64,000 bases of DNA from Candidatus Hydrogenedentota bacterium (lineage in GTDB: Bacteria; Hydrogenedentota; Hydrogenedentia; Hydrogenedentales; SLHB01): the NCBI GenBank assembly GCA_045863335.1, contig BTVY01000007.1:1-64000 (forward strand). Reading direction: 5' to 3'. Position 1 is the first letter of the stretch. Every line of letters starts with the position of its first letter. Shown piece by piece: positions 50,061-59,068 of the stretch. The notes below the pieces were generated by a model. It saw nothing but the letters and a program-made list of their open reading frames with translations, had not been told where the DNA came from and did no database searches. Both the position numbers and the translations under genes were made by a program.

Positions 50061-52072
50061 GTAACCTTTCCGTAGATACCGCGTTCCACTTCGCTGGGTA
50101 CGGTGTTGATAAAGCTGGGCGCGTACTCGAGGTGGGAGTCTTCGAAGAGGTTCTGTCCGACCAGGGAGAATTCGAGGTTCTCTCGCGGCAACCAGGCGAG
50201 CCGGACGTCCATCGTCAGGTAATCGTCAACCCCGAGGGCGGAGATGGCGTCGACGTACCGGAACGTTGCGTCAATCTCGACATTGTGCGGCAAATCGAAA
50301 CTGTGGTGCATAAAGAACTGCTGTTCCGGCGATTCATCCTCGACGGCTCCGGACAAGAGGTCGAAGGTGTCCGGATTCGGCGAAAGATCCATTTCGAGAT
50401 AGGAGTATCCGGTTCGGACGCGCCACCACTCCCTGGGGCGCCAATCCAACGCCGCCTCGAACCCATAGGCCGTTCCCGACATGTTGTTGTCGGCGACGAC
50501 AGGAATGGCGAGATGAACGGGAAGGGGATCGACTTCGATGAATGGCCGCCGGAACTCCGTCGTTCTGAGATCGTCATAGCTATTGTGAAACAGGGCCAAA
50601 TCCAGGGCGGCGGTTTCGTGCAGTTGAACGCGATACCCGGCCTCCAGCGCAAGGACGTTTTCCGACTCGAAATCTTCGTCCCCGTACAGGGCAACGGCCA
50701 GGCGGCGCGTGGTCGTGTTCTCCAAGCGAACGTCCAGTTCGGCGCGGGATGGGCTCCGCACGGCCCGCGACGCGGCAAGCCAGAGGGTGTGTCTTTCGGC
50801 CGGTGTCCACGTCAGTCGCGCATTGGGTTGTATCTCCAGGCCGCTGTAACTGTTGTGTTCCAGCTTGGCCCCCAGCGTCAGGTTCAGGGTATCCTGAATC
50901 ACGGTAATCTCGTCCTGCAGATACACGCTGTAGATTTTGAGATCCCGTTCATCCGGGTCCAGCGACAGCAAATTCGATCCGCGAATATCGTCGCTCACAT
51001 ACCGGAAACCCGTGCCCCACACGATGCGGTGCCGTTCGCCCGCTTCGAACTCATACTGAAAGTCGAGATCCACCGTGTGCTCGCGCTGCAAGATGCTTGT
51101 GGCATCGGATTCGAAGTAGTCGTAGTACGCCTGAAGCTGAATGCGCGAGCCGTTGGCGAGGTCACGGTTCCAGCGTGCGACAAGACTCCGCCTCGCCAGG
51201 TCCTCGCTGCCGTCCGTTCGCCGGCGGAACGGGAACGTCCGCGTCGGGAGATCCAGCGTCTCCGACGTGTCGTTGCCCGATGCCCGCCCCTCGATCGTCA
51301 CCGTGTCGGACTCGTCAGGGGTCAGGTCAAAGCGGAAGCCTCCAAACGTCGAGTCCCAAGCATCGTTCGCGTTCTTGCCAGAACGAAATTCCGCTTCGTC
51401 ATGATTCGAATAGCCAAGGTAGAATCGATAGAATCCAAGATCACCAAGCGGCCCACCGTAACGGATCCGCCCAAAAACTTCGTCCTCGGTGCCGCCGCCC
51501 AAGGACAGCACGCCGCCGGTGGTCTCGCTGGCTTTCTTGGTGATGATGTTGATCACCCCATTGACCGCGTTGGCTCCCCACAAGGTGCCGCCGGGGCCGC
51601 GGATGACTTCAATGCGCTCGATGTCTTCGAGCATCACATTGAGGCCTTCCCAAAACACCCCGGAGAACAGGGGCGTATATACGGACCGGCCGTCGATAAG
51701 TACGAGTAGTTTATTCGCATACTGGCCGCTGAATCCGCGAACGGATACGGACCATGAGTTTGCGTTTAGGCGCGCCACGTGCAGGCCTGGAACAGTCCTC
51801 AAGACCTCGGGCAACGTGGTCGCGCCGGAGCGGCGAATGTCCTCGGCCGTGAGCACATAGACCGCGGCCGGAGCCAACCTCTGGGGTTCGGCCCGCTTGG
51901 AAACGCTGGTCACCTCGATACTCATGAGGTCTTCGAGGCTGAGTTCGGTAAGATCGCCTGCCGTAGTGGTTTGCGGACCAGACGCATCCTCCTCGCCACC
52001 GAGTGCTCCTGCGCTGCCTGCCCAAATTGCGGAAAGAAGGACGAGATTCCTCAGCTGACGGGCCCGAAACAT
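50048..52072 (-). CDS. TonB-dependent receptor-like outer membrane protein
   Basis: Signal peptide, LSLEDLMSIEVTSVSK, plug IERIEVIRGPGGTLWGANAVNGVINIIT, C-terminal WRF. Confidence 0.93.
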   Translation of the reverse strand: MFRARQLRNLVLLSAIWAGSAGALGGEEDASGPQTTTAGDLTELSLEDLMSIEVTSVSKRAEPQRLAPAAVYVLTAEDIRRSGATTLPEVLRTVPGLHVARLNANSWSVSVRGFSGQYANKLLVLIDGRSVYTPLFSGVFWEGLNVMLEDIERIEVIRGPGGTLWGANAVNGVINIITKKASETTGGVLSLGGGTEDEVFGRIRYGGPLGDLGFYRFYLGYSNHDEAEFRSGKNANDAWDSTFGGFRFDLTPDESDTVTIEGRASGNDTSETLDLPTRTFPFRRRTDGSEDLARRSLVARWNRDLANGSRIQLQAYYDYFESDATSILQREHTVDLDFQYEFEAGERHRIVWGTGFRYVSDDIRGSNLLSLDPDERDLKIYSVYLQDEITVIQDTLNLTLGAKLEHNSYSGLEIQPNARLTWTPAERHTLWLAASRAVRSPSRAELDVRLENTTTRRLAVALYGDEDFESENVLALEAGYRVQLHETAALDLALFHNSYDDLRTTEFRRPFIEVDPLPVHLAIPVVADNNMSGTAYGFEAALDWRPREWWRVRTGYSYLEMDLSPNPDTFDLLSGAVEDESPEQQFFMHHSFDLPHNVEIDATFRYVDAISALGVDDYLTMDVRLAWLPRENLEFSLVGQNLFEDSHLEYAPSFINTVPSEVERGIYGKVTWRF

Positions 52073-52413
52073 GGAGTGCTCCCTCTCCACCGTCTGCGCG
52101 CGGCCTAAACATACTACGCGCCTTTCGATAGGCTTTCCGCAGAAGTCGCCCCTACTCCGCGGCCCGGGCCCAGACGATCGGGCCAGGATAGCCGTGGCGG
52201 ATACTATACCATGAAATACCGGGAGTTAAAGCGGATCATACGGGTTCGCCGTGTGATTGGTTGGATTGCTTCGAGTAGATTGGCGAACATCGCCTCATGA
52301 AGGCTGCCACCGCCATAGCTTGGTTTCCAAGCCAACTCGGGCAAAGTACTCCTGAACCGGGCGTCCTCAGTCAACGTATTGCAGCGGAGGAATTTACAGA
52401 TTTCAAGCATAGT

Positions 52414-52429
52414 TGGCACATGGGTTGCA
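52414..52429 (+). promoter_or_regulatory. sigma54 -24/-12 promoter of the PilZ-psp operon
   Basis: TGGCAC-ATGGG-TTGCA exact consensus; IHF-like AGTCAACGTATTG at 52369-52381; near-palindrome GGCGAACATCGCC at 52282-52294. Confidence 0.8.
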
Positions 52430-52440
52430 CTAGGCCATTC

Positions 52441-52953
52441 ATGAATACGAAACCAACCCATACCGACCCCGCGCAATCCACGCTTAAACCGAGTCCGTAC
52501 CGTGGCGATGATAAGCGGGGGCTTGCGCGACTGCCGCTATTCATCAATGCCGAATATCGTTACGGCACGACTGGCGAGGGGTGCGCCAAAGTCCAGAACA
52601 TCGGGCGTGCCGGCTTGCGGTTGCGCATGGGCCGCTATCTTCGCCCCGGGACGGTCGTTCGATTACATCTCGAAGCGGAGGATTTGGGCTTGGATCCCAT
52701 CGAATTCACGACGCATATCGCATGGTGCATCCCCGTTTCGGAAAACGGGGAGTTCGATGCGGGCCTGCGCATCCTTCACGATGGGACCGAATCGCTGGCT
52801 CAGGTATCGGCGTTGATTCACGCCGCCCTCTTGCGCTCGGGCCAGCTCTGCGAGCGGAAAGGGCCGCACGCGATGAACTTGGGAGTAACCGTGACGCCCG
52901 TCTGGCGGTGTGATACCGCACACGCTGGGGCCACGTTGCAGATTGGGACGTAA
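52441..52953 (+). CDS. PilZ domain protein
   Basis: RxxxR (KRGLARL) and N/DxSxxG-like (NIGRAG) motifs, IAWC, AGLRI; start uncertain. Confidence 0.75.
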   Translation: MNTKPTHTDPAQSTLKPSPYRGDDKRGLARLPLFINAEYRYGTTGEGCAKVQNIGRAGLRLRMGRYLRPGTVVRLHLEAEDLGLDPIEFTTHIAWCIPVSENGEFDAGLRILHDGTESLAQVSALIHAALLRSGQLCERKGPHAMNLGVTVTPVWRCDTAHAGATLQIGT

Positions 52954-53020
52954 CGTACAAGCGCCGCGCCGGCGACCTGGCTGAACGGGGCGGCATCGAA
53001 ATGAGTTGGAGGACGATTTC

Positions 53021-53698
53021 ATGGGTATCTTTACACGGGTTCGCGACATCATCAGCTCGAACATCAACGCCATGCTCGACAAGGCGGAGGATCCGGAAAA
53101 GCTGGTTAAACTGATGATCCGGGAAATGGAAGACACGCTGGTGGAGGTGAAGGCCTCCTGTGCGGGCGCCATGGCCACGAAGAAGAAGATTCAGCGCGAA
53201 GCCGACGAAGTGCGCAAGCGGGAAAAGGATTGGGGCGCCAAGGCCCAGCTCGCGGTTGACAAGGGGCGTGAAGACCTTGCGCGCGAAGCCCTTGTCGAGA
53301 AGCGGCGGTACCGGGAACGGGCCGAAGCAATCGACAAGGAACAGACCCAATGCGACGCGCTGGTCGAGCAGTACCAGTCTGATATAATGCAGTTGGAAGA
53401 TAAGCTCGCCCTGGCGCGCGAGAAGCAGCGCGTCCTGGTGCAACGGCACGTGCATGCCTCGCGCAAGAAGCAGGCGCAGGAAAAGATTCGGCGCAGCGAT
53501 ACGGCCGATGCGATGGCCCGGTTCGAGACCTTCGAGCACCGCATCGAACGCATGGAGGCCGAGGCTGACCTCGTGAACTTTGGCGTCAAGTCCAACTCCC
53601 TGGAAGAGGAGTTCCTCAAGCTCGCAGACGACGAGGAGATCGAGAAGGAACTGAACGCGCTGAAAGCCAGAAAGGGGTCCGGCGAGCAGCCGAGCTAA
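53021..53698 (+). CDS. pspA: phage shock protein A
   Basis: MGIFTRVRDIISSNINAMLDKAEDPEKLVKLMIREMEDTLVEV. Confidence 0.96.
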   Translation: MGIFTRVRDIISSNINAMLDKAEDPEKLVKLMIREMEDTLVEVKASCAGAMATKKKIQREADEVRKREKDWGAKAQLAVDKGREDLAREALVEKRRYRERAEAIDKEQTQCDALVEQYQSDIMQLEDKLALAREKQRVLVQRHVHASRKKQAQEKIRRSDTADAMARFETFEHRIERMEAEADLVNFGVKSNSLEEEFLKLADDEEIEKELNALKARKGSGEQPS

Positions 53699-53753
53699 CG
53701 ACGGCAGCGCCGGGGGTCAAGGGTAACGCCGTACCAACAGGAAAGGGAACGTC

Positions 53754-54227
53754 ATGCTGGAGACGCAGTCGGGAGAGATGTACACCGTTGAAGAGGTGGA
53801 GTCCATATTGCGGCGCGCCCTCCGGCGGAAACGGGATTCCGGAGAGATTACCTACGACGAACTCGTCGAGACTGCACGGGAACTGGGCATTGCGCCCGGC
53901 GAACTTGAACGCGCGATCAACGAGCAACGGACCGTGGGCGAATTCGAATCGGCCTGCGACGAATGGAAGATACGGCGGAAACGCAAGTTCTACGAGCACC
54001 TCCGCGCGTATCTCATTATTAACGGGTTTCTGTTCTTGTTCGACATCGTCGTCACCGGCGGGAGCTGGTTCTTCTACTGCCTGCTTGGGTGGGGGATCGG
54101 GCTTGCCTTTGACGCGGCCAGCGCGTTCAATCCCGATCCCAAAGAGATCGAGCGCGGAGCGAACAAGATCATGCGCAAACGCGCGCGCGGCGACGAATCA
54201 GGCAATTGGAGCCGGCGCGGCTGCTAA
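53754..54227 (+). CDS. 2TM-domain membrane protein
   Basis: Helical N-domain (EVESILRRAL, ELVETARELGI); FYEHLRAYLIINGFL..W..LGWGIGL. Confidence 0.8.
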   Translation: MLETQSGEMYTVEEVESILRRALRRKRDSGEITYDELVETARELGIAPGELERAINEQRTVGEFESACDEWKIRRKRKFYEHLRAYLIINGFLFLFDIVVTGGSWFFYCLLGWGIGLAFDAASAFNPDPKEIERGANKIMRKRARGDESGNWSRRGC

Positions 54228-54251
54228 CCCAGGAGATGTGGGGTAATCGAA

Positions 54252-54503
54252 ATGGTTATGGTTGTCGCTTGGGCGGAATTGTTGATACTGGTTGTGCTGC
54301 TTCTCTTTGTGTCCGTCATTGTATGCGTCGTTGGGTTGGCCGCGGGCGCGTCCCGGGTCGCACGAAACCGGCCGCGGCAACAGGATACGGACGAGGCCCG
54401 CGTGATCCAGGAGATCCATCAAGGCCTGGCCCGGATGGAAGAGCGGCTGGAAGCGCTTGAAACGATTATCATGGAACGCGAAGAAGATCGCAGCCCGTAC
54501 TGA
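54252..54503 (+). CDS. PspB-like protein 1
   Basis: Single TM helix plus IQEIHQGLARMEERLEALETII. Confidence 0.75.
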   Translation: MVMVVAWAELLILVVLLLFVSVIVCVVGLAAGASRVARNRPRQQDTDEARVIQEIHQGLARMEERLEALETIIMEREEDRSPY

Positions 54504-54544
54504 ACGGGACGGCGAACTCTTAGGAATGAGTGAAGGAGAATGGA

Positions 54545-54793
54545 ATGGATGTCGCGCTTATCGGTGTCATGATCCCGTTCGTCGCCGTGCTCGGTGCGAT
54601 CTTTCTGGCGGCCCTGTTAATCCTCAAAGGCGGATCGCGGCGCTCCGATCGGGAGATGCACGCCGAAGAAACTCGCCTCATCCAGGACATCCATCACGGC
54701 TTGATCAAGATGGAAGAACGGGTCGAGGCTTTGGAAACCTTGCTTCTCGAACGGGACCGCCAAGGTGGAAGTGTCGGACAGGATACGCGCTAG
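54545..54793 (+). CDS. PspB-like protein 2
   Basis: AAGGAG RBS; single TM helix plus IQDIHHGLIKMEERVEALETLL. Confidence 0.78.
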   Translation: MDVALIGVMIPFVAVLGAIFLAALLILKGGSRRSDREMHAEETRLIQDIHHGLIKMEERVEALETLLLERDRQGGSVGQDTR

Positions 54794-54837
54794 GGTTTTG
54801 AATTTGGGTTTTCGGAACGGCGAAGGGAGGAGCCGGC

Positions 54838-55221
54838 ATGGTGCCTCATGAACATAATGTAAAACGGTTGTATCGGTCCCGGTCGGGCATGATCTTCGGG
54901 GTGTGCAAAGGAATGGCGGAGTACCTCGATTTTCCCGTGGGCGGACTCCGGCTTATCGCTATCTTACTCAGCCTGTTCACCGGCATCTGGCCGCTCGTCG
55001 GCGCGTATATTATTGCCGCGCTGATCCTGAAGCCCGAACCCGTCATCCCGTTCAGGGAAGACACGGACCAGGAGTTCTACGAGTCCTACGTCAATTCCCG
55101 CTCCATGGCGCTCCACCGCCTGAAGCGCACCTTTGACAATCTCGAACGCCGCATCCGTCGCCTGGAAAGCATGGTCACCGCCCGCGACTACGACTGGGAG
55201 CGCCGCTTGAACGAGCACTAG
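54838..55221 (+). CDS. pspC: phage shock protein C
   Basis: LYRSRSGMIFGVCKGMAEY, AYIIAALIL, LERRIRRLESMVT. Confidence 0.92.
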   Translation: MVPHEHNVKRLYRSRSGMIFGVCKGMAEYLDFPVGGLRLIAILLSLFTGIWPLVGAYIIAALILKPEPVIPFREDTDQEFYESYVNSRSMALHRLKRTFDNLERRIRRLESMVTARDYDWERRLNEH

Positions 55222-55245
55222 AATCCCACACCAAAGACCTTGTCG

Positions 55246-55275
55246 GGACGCGCAAATAGCGCGTCCTTTTTCTTT
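55246..55275 (+). terminator. Rho-independent terminator of the psp operon
   Basis: GGACGCGC-AAATA-GCGCGTCC followed by TTTTTCTTT. Confidence 0.85.
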
Positions 55276-55416
55276 GGCCCGCGCCGCAATCCTGCATGAA
55301 TTATTGGACACATCCGGAGTCAGCACGTACAAAGATTCGAACCGGAAGTACTTCCGGAAGCCAGACCCTCGCCGTAAGTGCTTGATGTACAGCACGGATA
55401 CATTTCGGACACGACT

Positions 55417-55432
55417 TGGCACAAACCATGCT
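55417..55432 (+). promoter_or_regulatory. sigma54 -24/-12 promoter of the rubrerythrin operon
   Basis: TGGCAC-AAACC-ATGCT; IHF-like site at 55375-55387 (reverse strand CATCAAGCACTTA); sigma54 activator encoded downstream. Confidence 0.7.
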
Positions 55433-55513
55433 CTCAGCAGCAGTGCCGGTCCATCTCGGGACTGGAACAGCAGAGGAAGTGAAACATCACGTCGTTGTAA
55501 GGAGGTTCGAGGA

Positions 55514-56161
55514 ATGTATCCTGCACGTGCATCGAAGCGTCTGGTTTGGAAGATCACGGTAATCGGATTGTTGGGGCTGGTGGCCTCCCCATTCGTTTCC
55601 GCGGCGTCGCCGGAACTCGTCGTGGGCTCGACCCTGGAGAACTTGCAGGCCGCGTTTAACGGCGAATCCAACGCCCACGCACGCTATCTTACATTCGCCA
55701 AGAAAGCCGAAGAAGAAGGATATGCCCCTGTCGCGAGCCTCTTCCGCGCGGCGGCAAAAGCCGAGGAGATTCACGCGGCCAATCACAAGAAAGTCATTGA
55801 GGCCATGGGCGGCACCGCAGAGGCAACCATCGAAACCCCGGAAGTGAAGACCACTGCCGAGAATCTCGCGGCCGCCATTGCGGGCGAATCGTACGAACGC
55901 GATATCATGTACGTCGAGTTTCTCAAAGTAGCAAAGTCCGACCGCAACCGGGACGCTATCCGAACCCTGAACTTCGCAAAAACCGCCGAGGCGGAGCACG
56001 CCAAGATGTACCAGAGCGCCCTGGACAATCTGGAATCCTGGAAAGGCGACGCGAAAACCTTCTTCGTGTGCACGGTCTGTGGATACACGACGACCGATCC
56101 CTCGTTCGAAAAGTGCCCCTCTTGCTTCTCTCCCCAAGAGAAGTTCATCAAGGTATCCTAA
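55514..56161 (+). CDS. rubrerythrin family protein with N-terminal signal peptide
   Basis: Di-iron motifs GESNA, AEEIH, GESYE, AEAEH; rubredoxin CTVC/CPSC; about 30-aa leader; GGAGG upstream. Confidence 0.9.
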   Translation: MYPARASKRLVWKITVIGLLGLVASPFVSAASPELVVGSTLENLQAAFNGESNAHARYLTFAKKAEEEGYAPVASLFRAAAKAEEIHAANHKKVIEAMGGTAEATIETPEVKTTAENLAAAIAGESYERDIMYVEFLKVAKSDRNRDAIRTLNFAKTAEAEHAKMYQSALDNLESWKGDAKTFFVCTVCGYTTTDPSFEKCPSCFSPQEKFIKVS

Positions 56162-56180
56162 CCCTTGAGCCTACTCCCAC

Positions 56181-56211
56181 GCCGGCCGCCGTCCACCCCG
56201 CGGCGGCCGGC
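56181..56211 (+). other. GC-rich intercistronic stem-loop
   Basis: 11-bp stem GCCGGCCGCCG/CGGCGGCCGGC with no U-tract. Confidence 0.55.
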
Positions 56212-56252
56212 AACCCTCAACGAATTATGACCACTACCGGAGGATTCGAGCC

Positions 56253-56804
56253 ATGTTGCCACCACTGCCGAGTTGGGACGGACTTCACCCGCTGGTCGTC
56301 CATTTCCCCATCGCGCTGTTGCTTGTCGCACCACTTCTCGTGATCCTGGGTCTGCTTGTCCCGAAAATGTGGAAGGGGTTCGCCATTGCCGCACTGGTGC
56401 TTATGGCCTTGGGAACGGCCGGCGCGTTCGTGGCCGTCGCCACTGGCGAAGCCGGCGCGGGTCTGGTAGAACGAACGGAGGCCATCTCAGAAGTGCTCGA
56501 GCAGCACGAAGACCTTGCTGAAACCACCCGGACCGTGTTCGCCGTATTGACCGTCATCTTCGCGGCGATTGTCCTGGGGCCGATGCTTTCGCGCAGCACC
56601 TTAAAACCCGCTGTGAACGCGGGCCTGAACGCCGCGTTTCTGCTACTGTACGCCTTTGGCGCGCTGCTGCTCGTGAATGCGGCGCATGAAGGCGGCCGGC
56701 TCGTGCATGAGTACGGCGTCCAGGCGATGACCGCGCAAGGGCCATCGAGCTTGGGAGCTTTCTTCGGCGAGGATGAACATGAAGAACACGAAGACGACGA
56801 CTAG
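56253..56804 (+). CDS. DUF2231 family membrane protein
   Basis: LHPLVVHFPIALL, VATGE, LEQHE, AHEGGRLV; acidic/His tail. Confidence 0.85.
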   Translation: MLPPLPSWDGLHPLVVHFPIALLLVAPLLVILGLLVPKMWKGFAIAALVLMALGTAGAFVAVATGEAGAGLVERTEAISEVLEQHEDLAETTRTVFAVLTVIFAAIVLGPMLSRSTLKPAVNAGLNAAFLLLYAFGALLLVNAAHEGGRLVHEYGVQAMTAQGPSSLGAFFGEDEHEEHEDDD

Positions 56805-57579
56805 AGCGGAATCGGACCGCCCGGAGGCCAAGTCGGCGAGAGGCATTCAACGGGGCACGCTGTACGCTGTCGTATTTGGCCTGCTGACCCACGCAGTATT
56901 CGCGGTTTCCGTCTTGGTGATGGTGTTCGGCCTGTACTCGGGCTTGCGATCGGGCCACGGACACCTGCACGGGTGGTGGGCAGCGTTGGGAAACGCGATG
57001 CTCATCGCGCAGTTTCCCCTCGTTCATTCCTTTCTCTTGAGCAAGCGAGGACGACGTATCCTCGCACGACTTGCACCGGGCAAAGTTGGCGCGGACCTCG
57101 CTCCGACGACCTACGTGTTCACCGCGAGTCTGCAACTGTTGGCGACGTTCGAACTGTGGTCGCCCAGCGGGATTACGCTATTCGATCCCTCGGGCGGCGT
57201 CCGATGGCTTTCTCTTGCCCTGTTTGTTGCGAGTTGGATTTTCCTTATCAAGGCCCTCACCGATTCCGGCCTCGCACTGCAAACCGGCTACCTCGGTTGG
57301 AGTTCGGTGGCACGAGGAAAGCGACTGGACTACGGAGACTTCCCACAACACGGACTTTTCAAACTCATCCGGCATCCTGTGTATCTCGGGTTCGCGCTCG
57401 TGCTCTGGACGGCCCCCATTCACACGTTGGACGGGGTCATTCTGGCAGCACTCTGGACCGTCTATTGCGTTGCGGGACCCCTCCTAAAGGAGTCGAGATT
57501 CCACGCCTGGTACGGCGAACGATACGCCCGCTATCGGGACGCGGTCCCCTATATGCTACCGTGGCGCAAGTCCCGATGA
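56773..57579 (+). CDS. ICMT-family membrane methyltransferase (MddA/Nurim-like)
   Basis: FPLVHS, TYVFTASLQLL..WSP, IRHPVYLGF, YARYRDAVP. Confidence 0.75.
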   Translation: MNMKNTKTTTRAESDRPEAKSARGIQRGTLYAVVFGLLTHAVFAVSVLVMVFGLYSGLRSGHGHLHGWWAALGNAMLIAQFPLVHSFLLSKRGRRILARLAPGKVGADLAPTTYVFTASLQLLATFELWSPSGITLFDPSGGVRWLSLALFVASWIFLIKALTDSGLALQTGYLGWSSVARGKRLDYGDFPQHGLFKLIRHPVYLGFALVLWTAPIHTLDGVILAALWTVYCVAGPLLKESRFHAWYGERYARYRDAVPYMLPWRKSR

Positions 57580-57613
57580 TCGGGGCACCCGAGCGCGCAT
57601 TGGCGGCACTGGC

Positions 57614-59068
57614 ATGAGCTGCACTATACTCAAGAGCCAGACAAACTCGTGCCGGTGCAGCGCCGGTGTACGGTCGCGGAGTTCAGTGGATAGCGCGCAG
57701 AATACCAGTGGAGACGCACCTCGACCGGGCGATTCGGACCGCCCGGACACGCTGGTATCGACCGCCTTGACAGCATGCGTTGATTTCGAAGTATTCCGTC
57801 GGCAGGAAAGCACGATCATCCTGCTGAACCTGTCCATCATCGCGGCGTTGCTACTCGTGCAGGTGATTTTTCGGGAAGTCTTTGTACTTCCCTCCCGTCT
57901 CATCATCCTGCTTTTCGGCGGGCGCTTTCTCATGCAGGCCGTCGAGCTCATCGTGCTCAACACGAGAACCCGGCCCTGGGGATGGCGCGTGGTATGCGGT
58001 TACGCGCACCTCTCCATCGTGCTGCACATCGCGTTCGCAACGCTCGTGTCGATGCTGGCCACCTCCGAAGATTCCCACTACGCGGTGTTGATGGTCTTAC
58101 CCGTGGTCGCCGCGGCGTTCCGCTATTCATTAACCGGTACGCTGGGCGTGGCAGGTGTTGCCGGCGCGCTTACGATTCTCCAGGTGTGGGTCTACTTCCG
58201 AGGCGCCCCGGAGGTCAATCTCAGCGAGTACTTCGAAGCCGTGACGATGGTCCTCATCTATTTCGCTGTCGGGCTTGTGGTCTGGCTGCTCGTTGCCCAA
58301 CTTCGGTCGGAGCAAGGCAAACTTCAAAACGCCCTTCTCGAACTCGAGAAGACCCGAGACCGGCTTGTTTCCGAGGAGAAACTGGCGGCAATTGGCCGGT
58401 TGTCCAGCGCCATCGCTCACGAAATCCGCAATCCCATCGCCATGATTTCCAGTTCACTGGCGACTGCGAATCAGCCGGGTACGGAACCGGAAATCCGGGA
58501 CGAGATGTTCGGCATTGCCGCGACCGAGGCGCAGCGGCTGGAAACCTTCACAACAGACTTCCTCGCCTACGCGCGCACGGCCAAGCCCGACCGGCAACCG
58601 GCCTCTCTCACAACAATTGCCGAGTACGTGGGCGCCCTCGCCAAGGCGCGCGCGGCAGAAGCAGGCGCCCAGGTTGGCACGGTATGTGTCGGCAGCGGCA
58701 CGGCGTCAGTCGACGCGTTTCAAATACAACAGGCAGTCGTGAACCTTGTGTTGAACGCCATCGACGCGGCCGGCCCCGGAGGCCGCATCGAAATCGGCTG
58801 CCGCGCGGAAGGTTCCGATCTAGCAATTACCGTGCAGAACACCGGCACGCCGATTCCCTCCGAAACGGCGGCGCGCATCTTTGAGCCCTTCTATACCACC
58901 AAATCCCGTGGAACCGGACTGGGCCTGGCCATCGCACGCAATATTGCCCGGGGTCACGGCGGCGAACTCGAGTTGGATGCAAACGAACCCGATAAGGTTC
59001 GTTTCGTGATACGCTTGCCGGGGGCGTTGGTTGCCGACAACGATGTGACGCCGGGGGATCACTCGTGA
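57614..59068 (+). CDS. membrane histidine kinase
   Basis: About 6 TM helices, AHEIRNP, NLVLNA, FYTTK, GTGLGL; start possibly GTG at 57686. Confidence 0.9.
   Translation: MSCTILKSQTNSCRCSAGVRSRSSVDSAQNTSGDAPRPGDSDRPDTLVSTALTACVDFEVFRRQESTIILLNLSIIAALLLVQVIFREVFVLPSRLIILLFGGRFLMQAVELIVLNTRTRPWGWRVVCGYAHLSIVLHIAFATLVSMLATSEDSHYAVLMVLPVVAAAFRYSLTGTLGVAGVAGALTILQVWVYFRGAPEVNLSEYFEAVTMVLIYFAVGLVVWLLVAQLRSEQGKLQNALLELEKTRDRLVSEEKLAAIGRLSSAIAHEIRNPIAMISSSLATANQPGTEPEIRDEMFGIAATEAQRLETFTTDFLAYARTAKPDRQPASLTTIAEYVGALAKARAAEAGAQVGTVCVGSGTASVDAFQIQQAVVNLVLNAIDAAGPGGRIEIGCRAEGSDLAITVQNTGTPIPSETAARIFEPFYTTKSRGTGLGLAIARNIARGHGGELELDANEPDKVRFVIRLPGALVADNDVTPGDHS

Noticed and set aside
52485-52511. sigma28-like TAAA-N15-GGCGATGA
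   Set aside because: Two mismatches in the -10 box, and it lies inside the PilZ coding region
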